Assembly (NCBI RefSeq): GCF_009914755.1
Contig: NC_060940.1
Length of the DNA: 64,000 nt
Direction: 5' to 3' (one strand)
Source: the human T2T-CHM13v2.0 reference genome, Homo sapiens
Shown: positions 52,641 through 64,000 of the stretch, one piece after another
Position numbering within the stretch: the first letter of the stretch is position 1
How the letters are laid out: each line of letters starts with the position of its first letter
Position numbers and translations under genes: made by a program
The notes under the pieces: model-generated
What the model saw: only the letters and a program-made list of their open reading frames with translations
Told to the model about the DNA's origin: nothing
Databases searched by the model: none

Positions 52641-55149
52641 TACATATACATTGATGACACTATATATATGTGTGATATACATGCGTTTTACCATGAGAAG
52701 AGGCGGAGAGGAATTGAAGACAGTGAGTACAGACAGGTCCTTCAAGGGGCGGGACCCATGCACAAGATGAGCATGTGGCACCCCATCCTGAAAGGGCTGG
52801 GCACCATGGCAGGGCACAGCAGGCAATGCAGTGGGTGGCTCAGGCAAGCACAGAGAGCATCAGGGATTGGAGCCTGTGAAGGGGGAGCAGGTGACCCCTC
52901 AGAGCAAAGTGACAGCTTGGGCTGCTCCCTTTGCGTCCTGCCCAGGACTGCTATCGTGCTATGGGAGAACCCCCAGAGGCCCTGCTCCTCAGCAGGCAGC
53001 ACCCCCTATGGAGGGGCTTTACCCCTAAACTTCTGGAGCCAGGAGAGGGACCTGGCTTAGAATACGGCCAACCAAGAGCCTGGGTGAGAAATACATGGAC
53101 CAGACAGGGAGCAGAGAAAGGAGTGGCAGCGCAGTCCCACCCTAGCTCAGCTGGGGGCTCTGGAGCCTGCTCTGGCCCCCATCTCTTCGGCAACCACTGT
53201 TTCTAGTTTTCTTTTTCTCCCCGAGAAGCCTGTCCTCTCACCATGCCTGCGCCTTCAAGAACCCCACCTGGCTGGCAGCTCCCAGATCTCCAGCCTGGCC
53301 CTCCTTAGCTGCAAAGGTGCTTCCCAACGTCGGCAAGACCTCTCCCTAGGGTGCCCCAGGCCTTCACACAGCCCCTGTCCCCAACCGACTCCAACTGTCC
53401 TGCAGCCCACGGTCACCCTCAGGACCCCTGAGCTCAGGCCAACTGCTTTATACACTGTCAGCCAGGTCTCTGCCTGGATGACAATCACCCTCTGCTAATT
53501 GTTCTCCACACCTCCAGGCCAAATGCCCTCCAAGCCACCTCATGCACCACAATGACACCAAACACACAGAAAAAAGACATTGAAAAAAGGAAACTTCACA
53601 GAAGCATGTCATTTAAAGTGGGTTCTGAAATGGAGACACCATTACCTCAGGACTTAGCTCCCGCATGAGGGGTTAGGACACAGAGATCAACAAGCAGCAG
53701 GCTTTGCCCTCAAGCAGCTCACAGTCTAGTGGAAGATGGGTGAGAAAACAGATCAGGATGCCCACGGGTGCAGATGCCCTGGAACAGAAGCTGATCCAGG
53801 AAAGCGCAAGCCTGCAGGCCGCCCTCCAGTCTAGGCTGGGCAAGCGCCTCAATTTTCATCTCTAAGAGCCTGTGCCCACACCCCCTGCCCCAATGTTGTT
53901 CCATCACTCCACTAGAAAGGGCGCTCCAGAAGCTGGCCTCGTGCAGCTTTCTGTCTGCTGCTAGCCTAGGCAGAACAGTGGAAGAAGCCATCAGGGCTGG
54001 TGAGGGAAGCACCCATTTGGACTTTAGCCTTTCAAAGCTCAGAGAAGGGTGAGCTCAGGGAGGCCCAAGGTAGCCGAGAACACTTCCTGGAGAAGTGGTA
54101 TCAGCCTTCGGCCTTGGCACAGCAACCAGAGGGTATTGCCCACGTGTCCCCTACTCCCTCAGACACCACCTCTCAGACCGCCTGGAAAGGGACAGAACTT
54201 GTCACGAGGCAGCTGTGCTCTGAGCACAAGGGAAGGGCGACAGGATGCTAGAGAAGGGAACCACTGGCCTGGGCCTGGGCAGGGCAGGCAGAAGCAAGCA
54301 TGCACAGCAGGCCATCAGCTACCCTGCCAGCATCAACATCCTTCAGGGGTCCCCCCAGTTCCAGGAGACACACCTCTAACCTGCTCCCCTGACCCTTCCG
54401 CCCAGTCCTCATGCAGACACCAGGCATGGCAGAGGCCCTGCAGGGTGGGAGCACTGTGCTGCGGGCGGGGACTGCCTTCCTCATGTGCTACTGGAGAGCA
54501 GCACAGTGCAGGGGCCTGGGCACTGGCGCCAGGCAGGAAGCCTCGGTTCTGGCCTGGCTTGCTGTGGGCCTGGAAGACACAGCTTTGAGGGAGCCACGGG
54601 AGGGACGCCCTGGAGCCAGCACCAGCACAGCGCTCTGGTGGCAGGCACACACCCAGCACGTTCTCAGGGCCAAGGGCCCCAGCCCCTTTCTGCCTAGCTC
54701 TGCCCTGGGCCAGCTCCAGGTCACTGCCAAGGACAAGTCTCCTCTCCCAGCTGGCATTAGTCAGAGGTCATCCTGCAAACCTTCAGGAGGGGGTGGGGCA
54801 GGGAGTGACTAGTGGCATTCTGCCACGTTCTGTCTGTCCCAAATGTGACGAACGGGAACCCAGAGAAGGCAAGCGAGTCCTCTACCCAGAAGCCCTGCCG
54901 GTTTACTGAGCCTCCCAAGCTGCCCACACCCAGGGAGGCAGACAGGACACACACTCAGTGGGTGGCCCTGAAGCGAGGCCTGGCCCAGCCCGGGGAGCAA
55001 GAGGACAGAGAGGGCAGGGCCTTTGAGAACAGGTGTGAGCCTGGCCTTCAGTGGTGGAAACAGGTTGAAGGCCTGTGGCCCCTTGGGGGCTCCAGGCAGG
55101 AAAGAAAGCAGAGCCCTCTCCATGGCCACAGTCACACACCGCACCACAT

Positions 55150-58100
55150 ACACACCATGACAACTTTTATTGCCCTCAAGAGAAACTCCAGTCCACCTGC
55201 TCCACCCACCCTCCTGCGGGACCAAAGAAAACACCCAGAGGGCAAAACAAAAAAGGGCTCAAACCAACAGGAAGTCAGCCCCACCGCAAGCCAAACTACA
55301 ACTAACTCGTGTCCTCCACGCTCAGGCGTGGAAGCCAGGGCTGTGCCAGGCCTGGCCAGGCCAAGCAGGATAACAGCAAATGCATTCTGAACGTGTAGCA
55401 ATCAGGTACCCTGTAATGTGCTTGGAGAGTGTGGACAAGGGCCAAGATGACGAGCTATGAGCTGTGGAAGGGAATGGGGGAAGTGAAGGGCACAAACAGA
55501 AGTACTGGAGGGAGAGGCTGGGCTCTCAGGAAGCAGCAGGCACGTGCCAGGTGGAAGCCAGCTGCAGGCCAGGGAGGAAGGAGGCCCTTACTCTTTCTTC
55601 TTGTCCATGGGACCAACTACTGTAGCCTGGAAAGGGACAGAAATCCCACAGCAGTAGGTTGGCCAGGTCCACTCTTCCCCTGCCATCTCCAGCCCCCTGC
55701 CCCAGAGGTCCAGCTCGGTTCCCCTCTCTCCTAATGAGAGCTATTCAAGTGAGCAAGGGGCCCCCTCCCCGGCTACACCCAAAGGCCTGCCAGGGTAGGA
55801 GCATCAGCCCTGGCCCACGCTCTAAGGAAAGCCCTGGACCTAACGCCAGCCAGGGAGGACTGCCAGGACCTCACTGGGGGCTGAGTCCTGGCTGCAGGGA
55901 ACAGCAAGGTATCCAGTACCCTTCAAGACCTGATCAGGCCCTTCCCAACTCTGCACACCTTTGACAGGTGCCCTCGAAGCCCAAGTCCCGTCTGCCAAGC
56001 CTGCCCTATACAGAGGGCATGGGTGCCCTCTTTGAGGCTGGACCCTTCCTCCCCACCTGCTGTGGTGCCCAAACTTGGGCCACCAAGCACTGAGGCCAGC
56101 TGTCCAAAGTTAGGAGTATTTATGTGGCCCTCACTCCCAACGTCAAGACCGCCTGGCTTCCAAATGTGGCCTGGTGCACCCAAGCTAGTCTGAGGACTTG
56201 GATCAGGCCTAGGGCAGCAGGTGATGGCCACAACTAGTGCCTGCTAGGGGAGGTGCCTTTTTGACACCTTGTGCCCTTACTTGCCCAGGGATCTTTGCCC
56301 TATGTCACCCCCCAGCACTCTAGGAAAGAAGGCCAGCAGTGGGTCCCAGAGTTTCACCTGCTTCTTTGTTCTTGACTGGGCCCCAAACCATGGAATGAGC
56401 CTGAGCACGAAGATAGGAAGGCTTAGAGCCTAGTGAGCCAGTGCCACTCCTGAGGGCTGCCTCGGCAAGTGTCTACATCTGCTGCCAGGCCACCCCTCTC
56501 CTGCCCGGTGAATGGTCCCACTCGGTAGGGCAGAGGTGGCCAGGGGGAGTGGGGGAGAGGGCAGCCGGCCCCTGGGCCCCTGGAAGGTTCCCTCCGCACC
56601 CGCAGGGGCTGCCTCATCCTGCTCTGCTTTCCTGCCCTGGGCGCAGCGATACGTGAGGGCTGACCTGCAGCTTTGCGTGCTCCTACTGCAAGCGGTCGTA
56701 CTCCTTGGTGAGGCCCTCAGACTGCTTCTGCATGGCCAGAACCTGGTTTTCAGCTTTCTCTAGTTCTTGAAATGATGTAAATGACCAAGAAAACAGAAAT
56801 GAAAAGACAGGAATCGGGGGTAAAAACCCAGCTTCTACAGACACCAGAAACTGGCCCAAATCTATCTCAAACGAGGTTATACAGGAGCCTACTTCTCAAA
56901 ATAAAACCGCTCTGCTTTTGCAGGCCCCCAAAGTAGAGGGAAAGGCTGACAAAAAAGCTCAAGATAAAGCAAAAGAAATACAGAGGACATCCCCCAGTCC
57001 CTTTAATGGAGGGGAACTCTAGTGGCTCTCGGCAAGGGTAACCTCCAGGGAGGCTGAGAGTGGGAGACAGGGAACAAGATCCCAGCCTGAAAGCGAGACC
57101 CAATGACAACCATGCCTTGCAGACAGCAGCAGCAGGCGAGGCCTGTGGTATTGTGGGAAAACGCCCCAGACTTAAGTCTATGCATGGGAGACCAAAGACA
57201 GGCAGGCCGCCTGGGAGCTGCCCACTCCGCTCCTGAACACCACTCCCACACTCCCCTCATTCTAAGCCCCCAGGCAGGCTGGGGCTACCGTGCCACACTC
57301 TGGATGGGAAAGCCCCAGCGTGCACTGCTCTAGCGCAGGGCAATCGAGTCCCACCAACTGCAGCCTGGTTCCTCCTGAGCCCCATTCAAACCACTTAGTC
57401 TCACTGGCCTGCCGGCTAAGCATGGCTGCATTGGGGTTGGAGGCATAGGGTGCTATTTGTTTGTTTTCACACAGCCCTCGAGCATGCGTGCAAGGCTTGT
57501 TACTAGTACTTTGGCACAAAATGGGCAGCAGCGGGCAGAGGACGCTCCTCTGGACTTCCCTGCGGGGAAGGACATGAGGTCAAGCCTCACTTTGCTTAGT
57601 GCTGGCCAGCTCATCCTTTAGCTTCTGCAGCTCAGCCTTCAGGCTCCTGTTCTCTTCCTCCAACTTCACCTCAGCATTCCCGACATCCAACTTGCCTCCG
57701 TCAACAGCAGCTCACTGGGAAAAGTGCCAAAGGTCAGGGTTACTCAGGAGGGAGGGAGGGAGAGGTTCCAGCCCCATCCTCCCCACCAAGCTGCGGTTCC
57801 TCAAGCTGCCCTGGCCACTCGCCTCTTCGGAAATGTCAACGCGGAACAGAGCCACCACTTGCTCCCAGCTCTTAGGCAAAGGCCAGGGCGTGGCTGCCCG
57901 CCAAGGGGAAGAGAAGCGCCAGTGGGGCCACCTGCTGCAGCTCGCCGGGCACGCCTTGCCTGCCCTGGCCCCTGGCCCTGCCTCCTTCCCGAGCAGCAGG
58001 GCTCAGCAGCTCCATGGTGCTCACCAACCCCTCCGCGGATGGCGGTGCCTTGTGCTCTCTACACGGTGCCACTCACTGCAGTCAGGGGCCCCCAGTCGGC

Positions 58101-58733
58101 CTGGCCAGCTCTATCCCACCTCTGCATCCACATCCCTCCGAGCTTGCCTTGCAGCTCACCTCCTGACAGGACTTCTAAGACTGGCCAACTACCCTGGCCC
58201 CACCTCCTCTCCAGCACTGAGGGATGCCACAGACCCCGAGTTCCAGAGGGGGTGCGGCAATCTTGCAGGGAACAATGGCCTAGCTGAGGGCTTTCGGTTC
58301 ACAGCAGAGGGCCTGGCTCACTGAGGGGCCATTTTTCTCAGGGAAGGGTCTGACTGGAAGCAATGGATGGAAACGTGAGCAGCAACACCCTCCTCCTCAC
58401 CAGGACCCCCACACACAGACGTCTCCAGCAGGCATACTCTCCCCACTGAGGACTTCCCCTCTGTGCCTCCACCCAACTCTGGCTTTTCAGGCACATTTCC
58501 CAGGGTGATAGGCTAGCAGTGGCCACTGAGGCCCTAAAGAATATGGCTCCTGCAGTATAACACCAGGACGCCCCATGGTGGGTCGAGAAACTGGACTCAC
58601 CTTCTTGAGCTGGTCATTCTCCGTGTACTTCTTGGCCGCCTCACTAGCACTCTCCATCTGCTTTTTAAAGGCTTCATTGGAGGCCAACAGTGTGGCCTGC
58701 TGCAAGATGAGAGTCACCAGGCATCTAAGCAGG
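55150..58733 (-). pseudogene. BCAP31P1: Partial BCAP31 (BAP31/CDM) pseudogene, last four exons: 58601-58733, 57591-57714, 56665-56765 and ~55150-55626 (stop at 55588-55590); upstream intron sequence probably runs to the window end
   Basis: LLRCLVTLILQQATLLASNEAFKKQMESASEAAKKYTENDQLKK / *AAVDGGKLDVGNAEVKLEEENRSLKAELQKLKDELASTKQ / KLEKAENQVLAMQKQSEGLTKEYDRLQ*EHAKLQ / ATVVGPMDKKKE*; stops at 57712-57714 and 56683-56685; acceptor before 58733 reads ACG; AATAAA on minus strand at 55166-55171. P1 versus P2 is uncertain. Confidence 0.88.
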
Positions 58734-59129
58734 CGTGATTATTTACAAAAAGAAGGGAGAAGTGAGAAAAAGTGCATGAAGGGCTGGCAGGAGCACCTCC
58801 TGGTTGCTGCCACTCAACACCTGGCTCCAGCCTGGACCTGCCCTCTTGCCAAGGCAGCTGAGCGAGAAGCCGCCAACCTGGTGCTGGCAGCGTGAGGGAA
58901 AAGGTGGAGCCCAGGAGCTGTCCTCTGCCGCTGTGCCCAACGGCCACCCTCAGCTCTGGGAGGGGCTGGAAGCAGGAGCCTGGGGGCTGGGAAGAGCCTC
59001 GATACAGCATGAGGTCCCGGAACGTGGCACTTTCCGGGTCGGGGCCTAGACGTGCCAGACAAGCCACAGCACCACCTTCCTCCCCTCAAGGCTGGGCTTG
59101 CCTTGGTAAGGTAACGAGAGAAGCTAATT

Positions 59130-59335
59130 AATCTGAGCACTTCCAACATGCCAGGCCGCATCCTCACATCTACCTGATGAGGAAGTTACTATCACTGCCC
59201 CAGCTTATAGAGAAGGAAACTGAAGTTCAGCAGCGTAAATCAATGTACCCAAGGCCAAAAACCAGAAACGGACATGGCTGGAATTCCAAATTATGTCTGC
59301 CTGACTCCAGAACCTGAGCTTGGAACCACTCTACT
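59130..59335 (-). mobile_element. MIR fragment
   Basis: TTATAGAGAAGGAAACTGAAGTTCAG...CCCAAGGCCA...TCTGCCTGACTCCAGAACCTGAGCTTGGAACCACT. Confidence 0.65.
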
Positions 59336-61149
59336 CTCTAAACTAACAGGGAACGGCTCCCAGGTCCCAACGTAAGATAGAACTCTCTTCTCTGGCCAGC
59401 CTCCTTCCCAACCCGTCATTCAGGCTGCACTGGAACACATCCGTTATGTAACAGCACCCCAAACGAGGTCTTCTTGGGCTGGAGGGTGTACAGGAATCAG
59501 GACACAGGCACACGCTGCCTATCTGAAGAAGCCAGGAGAGACAGGCAAACACGTGGCAGCTGGAGGCAGATGCTAGTCCCCAAACAGAGATTGGAATGGC
59601 CACTTCATTTCCCTTGGTTCACCCTTGCCCCGAGATGTTAGCTGGCAGGAACAGAGGAGGGAAGGACTTGTTCAAACAGTCAAAACAAGGCAGGGGTTCC
59701 TTTCTCACACACCTCAGAAGGCAAGGGTCACACAGGGCCTGGGGGAAGGAAGAGACAAATCTGCTTAGTCCAGGGTGCTTCAACAACAGCTTACTCAGAA
59801 GAGTCGAAGTGGCCTCCTGCCCCAGCCAGGCCTTCACACTTCGCAGCCTCTGCTCATGGCCAGGGGCAGCCCGGAAGGGCTGGAGAAAGTAGAGAGCAGA
59901 CAAGGTGAGCTACCTCCCTGGCCCAAGCCATGGCTGTCCAGGGCCTCGGAAGAGCCCCTTTCGAGATGTACTCAGGACAGAAAGTACCCACCCAGGCCAG
60001 GAGACACCCCTGAGGTTCCCGGTTTGGGGAGAGGCTCCCAGGGGCCCCTGGCATCACCAGAAGAGCCAGGCCATTGATTCCTGGCAGAGAAGGAGAGTTT
60101 CCAGTGACATGTGCTTTCTAAAATTAGTGGCCCAGGACCTCGTGGCCTAGGGCTCAAGTTTCCCTGCCTCAACCCCCAGCTGCCGACCAGCCTGCCCCCG
60201 ACTGGGCTACAGCCTGAAGGTGGAGGAAGCTACTGAGCGCCCTAGGAGCCAGAGAGAAAGAACGCATCTGACTCACATCGGCATGGCCAGAAGTCACTGG
60301 AGAGGCCTAGAAAGAAAGGCAAGTCTGACTAAGACCCAACCCCCGGCAAGGAGCTGCCCAGCCCCAGAGCAGATCCCAGTGATGTAGAGAGGAAGAGGAC
60401 CGCTACTCCTAACTGGAATTGAGGGGTGGGGGTCATGCCACCTGGTGGTAGAGAGAGGACCAAGCAAGACTGAAGGCTATAATCCCCGCCACCAGGCCAG
60501 GCAAGCGGCTGCTGGTGAGTGCCCATGGCTGTCACCCCAGTACCCAGGGAAATAGCTAACACAAATGCTTCCATGGCAGTGCAGCAGAGGCCCAGCTCTT
60601 TTCGGACCGTTCCAGGCCTTTCCCGGCTATTGAGAACCAGGGCTTCCAAGATACGCCAGGGCATACACAAAGTCCAGCGCAAGATCCACGCCGTGTCTGT
60701 CAGAAAGCCTGACCCTGCTCAGCCCCAGCCCAGGCCTTTAGTTCCCAGCCTTCAGACAGTCTGGGGCTCCCCTCTGCCAGGCCCTGGTTCCCCTTCCTCT
60801 TGCCAACCCTCAGAGGTGCTCCCCACCCCCACAGCACCCTAGGCATACTCCTCCCACTGCACCCCCAGCCTGATAGTTCTTTTTCACACCTTCTAGGTCC
60901 TCTCTCTTCCTGCTGGATGACCCGGGATCATTCTCCCCCCAGGAACCTCACCTTCAACTGCTTCCTTCCTGGAGTCACCCTGCCCAAGCCCCTGGTCTTT
61001 TCCCTCACATGTATTCCTCAATCTAGGCTGGCCAAAGCCTGCCCTTCCAAGCCAGTAGCAGGGCCACCAGTGGCCTCCTAACCACCCAGGCAGGCGGTTA
61101 CCCTGAGCTCCTTGCTCTGCTGCTAAGTTACCCTCCTGAGGTCCCCTCA

Positions 61150-61975
61150 CAACACCCTCCTCCCACTGTTATTCTGCTCCCTCTGGGATCTGCACTCTTC
61201 AGCTGACACCCTATACCTTCTTCCCAGCCACTCTTATCCCTGAAAGGGTTTTCTCTGCGGCCCAGACTCACACCTAACCTCCTGCTAAACATTGGCTCCT
61301 GGATGTCCCCAGAGACATTCTAGACTCAGCTTGTCCAAAATGGGCCTTCCCTTGTCCTGCCTGACCTGACCACCTCGTGTAGCCCCTGCTGTAGTCGTGG
61401 GCAGGCAAACCACCTTAGACTCGGCCCTCTTGGCCCCCTAGCCCAGGCCACAACCCAGCGCTTTCCATGTCAACTGCAAACATACCCGCCATCATCCCCA
61501 CTGCTGGCGCCTCCTCCCTATCTGCCACCATACGGCTTTCCCATCCACCTCCCAGAGCAAGGCAAATCCGACCACGTCAGCCCTCTGCTTAAGCCACCTG
61601 CTGCCAGCACGCATGCCCTCAGTGAGCTCTCCTCCCTCACTAACCACGTGGCCCCCTTCTCTAGTAACACCTAACCCCTCACCATTCCTGGGACACACCT
61701 GGCTCTGTGTGGCAGTCCTCCAGGCCGTAATGTCCTCTCGACCCAGCTCAATCCTCACCTCCCCCCCAGAAACCCTTTCAGATCTCCCACCCCATCAGAG
61801 GGACGCCTTCTGGGGGCTCCTGCAGCAGCCCCCTAGGCACCTGCATGTAACTACCTCATTCTCGGTTCTCTGCGTGGCTGCCATCCATTTATATGGCTGC
61901 CCTACCAGGCTATGAAGGTCTTTAGTCTGGGCACTGTGCCTTCATCTCTGCACTCCCATACCTGGCACACTGAAA
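61150..61975 (+). mobile_element. Highly diverged LINE-2 fragment
   Basis: Pyrimidine-rich body ending CTATGAAGGTC...CTGTGCCTTCATCTCTGCACTCCCATACCTGGCACA (L2 3'-end like). Confidence 0.5.
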
Positions 61976-64000
61976 AGGGGTCTTGCACCCACTCCAGCAA
62001 GTATAGCTAAAAAAAGGGGGGCGGGGGGCGGGACTGGGCTTCCAGATGACCAGATCCCACTCCCAGGAGAGGAAGTGCTCCCTGATAGGTACAGATTTGA
62101 GGCTGCATGTAAGGCTGGACAGAATCTCCCTGGGCCTAGATTGCACCTGTGTTCACCTGGGAGCCTGGCACCAAGAGTGGCAGAGACAGACACAGAGCTG
62201 CTCAGTCTAGCAACAGAGGAGACAGAAGACAGGGGTGGGAAGGCGCCATCTCAGACCCGTGCTGATGGGCAAGCCAGGCTCATGGCTGCAGGGAGAAAAA
62301 ACATTCAATGCCACGACCTGAAGGCACAACCCAGAGCTCCAGCCTCTGCATCCTCACACCCTCAGCCCCCACCCAGGGCCCAAGCAATGCAGACCAGGTC
62401 CTCTCTGATCACTGGCATTTTTCAGCCTGGGAGCCAGCCTTCTAGAACATTTTCCTGCTCCCTCACATTGGGTCACTCAGGCACATTAACTTGCGCTTCT
62501 GTCTGTTCCCTTGTAGCTTCCCAGGCCCCCAGGACAGGGCACAGAACATGGTCTTTAGCTTCTGCCTCTGCTGAATCTCCCAAGTAATCTTACCCGAATC
62601 ACTGTTCTTAGCTATTCATTTCCAGAAAACAGGAAAGAACCTACGAGGCAGGGTGGTCACCAATAGAATGGCCTGGGGTCCAAAAAAAGGCCAGTGAATG
62701 AAACTTAACAGAATCCAGATGTGGCCTTGGCAGACACACGGCAGCCCCAAATGCCTCAGTCTGACTGGGCTTCCTTGATAGAATGTTGTTGGACACTGAG
62801 CGGGGCTGTCGTGCTTTTATAAAGGGTTGAGTAAACCAGAGAAGACAGGAGAAACAGATCCTCTCCACAGACTCTAGAGAAACAGGGCCAACCATATCAA
62901 GTGGGGAGAGCCACGGCTCATAAGCACTTTTCGGCAGCCCTGTCTTCCCCCATGAGCAAGGGGAAGAGGACATGGGCTTAATAGGAAATGGGGAAGAAGC
63001 AAGTCCCGACCAAAAGATTCCATGCTGTGGCCACCCTCGGCCCGCCCTGCTGACCTGACAGGTTTCAGGTGAGTCAAGTCATTCAACCCCCAGCCCCTGT
63101 ATATACATGGCGTTCACACAAGCTCACTCCTCTGCCCCCAGCCAGCAGAAAGCTGGTGTCCCAGCGCCACCTGCTGACTTTCCAGGCCTACCGCAGGGTG
63201 GCCAGTGGACTCTGCGTGAACATGCCCCAACTGTGGAAGAAAAAAATGAGGCAGCGCCCAGGCAAGGAAGCAAGTCAGGTGATGCCTCAGGAAGGCTTCA
63301 GTGAAGAATGACTAACACCAGGGCTTCTACTGCCCTGAGCGACTCTTACCCACAAGTCTGGAATCAGGAAAACAGGTTACAACTGGGAGAGTCACCTAGA
63401 GCAGACCCGAGAAGGCTGCCCCAAAGGGCTGCCCCAAGTCCATTTTGGTACAGCTGCGTTGCCTTCCTTGTAGCCTCCCAGCACACAGACACTGGAGAAG
63501 ATGGGAAGAGGAGGGCTAGAGCTGGGGGAAATGGAGGCCGTTTCAAATGAGAACATGCCTTGTGGCAGCTCCAGCCCATGACCCAGATGGAGCTCGCCCA
63601 TCCTGAGGACAGTGCAGTAAGCACAGGGCAAAGGGGCAGGTGTGGGTCTCGCCTGTCCTCCCTTCTTCTTGAGAACAAGTGACAGACCAGCTGGGTTTCT
63701 GGGGTTTTGCTGTGTATCTTTTTTAAAACCAGCTATCTGAGCGGTTTGGGGTAAGCTGGAGGGTAGAGAGCAACCGAGTGAGGTAAGACAACTTAGGCAA
63801 AGGTAGTCTGTGATTAGATGACTCAACCTAAAAAAGAAGAAAAAGCAGCTCAGCAGAGAAGCACGGGCAGCTCCATCTGGGCTAATGACAGCGATGGGAT
63901 TCTACCCTGGAGGGGTAAGGAGGAAACAAAAGATGCCTGTGGATCAAGTTCAGATCAGCAAAAATTCAGGGGGCTTCCACACAAACAGGGGCCCTCCTGT

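Noticed and set aside
58740-64000. Further BCAP31 exons or other genes among the many short ORFs
   Set aside because: No recognisable BCAP31 N-terminal or other protein sequence; consistent with GC-rich intron DNA

Overview
Human (great-ape-type) genomic DNA that reads as a pericentromeric segmental-duplication mosaic, most consistent with chromosome 16p11.2. It contains three blocks of different origin. (1) ~1-10450: a GC-rich, Alu/L2/MIR-rich partial copy of ARHGAP23 with five minus-strand exons; the PH-domain exon has a stop and a frameshift. (2) ~10450-41000: an AT-rich, L1-rich immunoglobulin heavy-chain V orphon block with five minus-strand V pseudogenes, in the order I recall for IGH (V3-15-like, V(II), V3-16-like, V(III), V1-17-like). 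It retains leaders, octamers and 23-RSSs and also holds a 5'-inverted L1, a 21-bp VNTR and a tandem array of CTCF consensus motifs. (3) ~41000-64000: a GC-rich Xq28-derived block with a CpG island, all 13 exons of a creatine transporter (SLC6A8) paralogue (SLC6A10P type) and the last four exons of a convergent BCAP31 pseudogene. No intact protein-coding gene is present. The most interesting items are hypotheses, not demonstrated systems: a phase-compatible IGHV-leader/ARHGAP23 fusion ORF created by the junction, the CTCF motif array, the helically phased AGGTCA VNTR next to a VH promoter, and the SLC6A10P TM1 Gly>Asp change plus a long spliced frameshift ORF. Exact paralogue names and repeat subfamilies are from recall and need an alignment to confirm.
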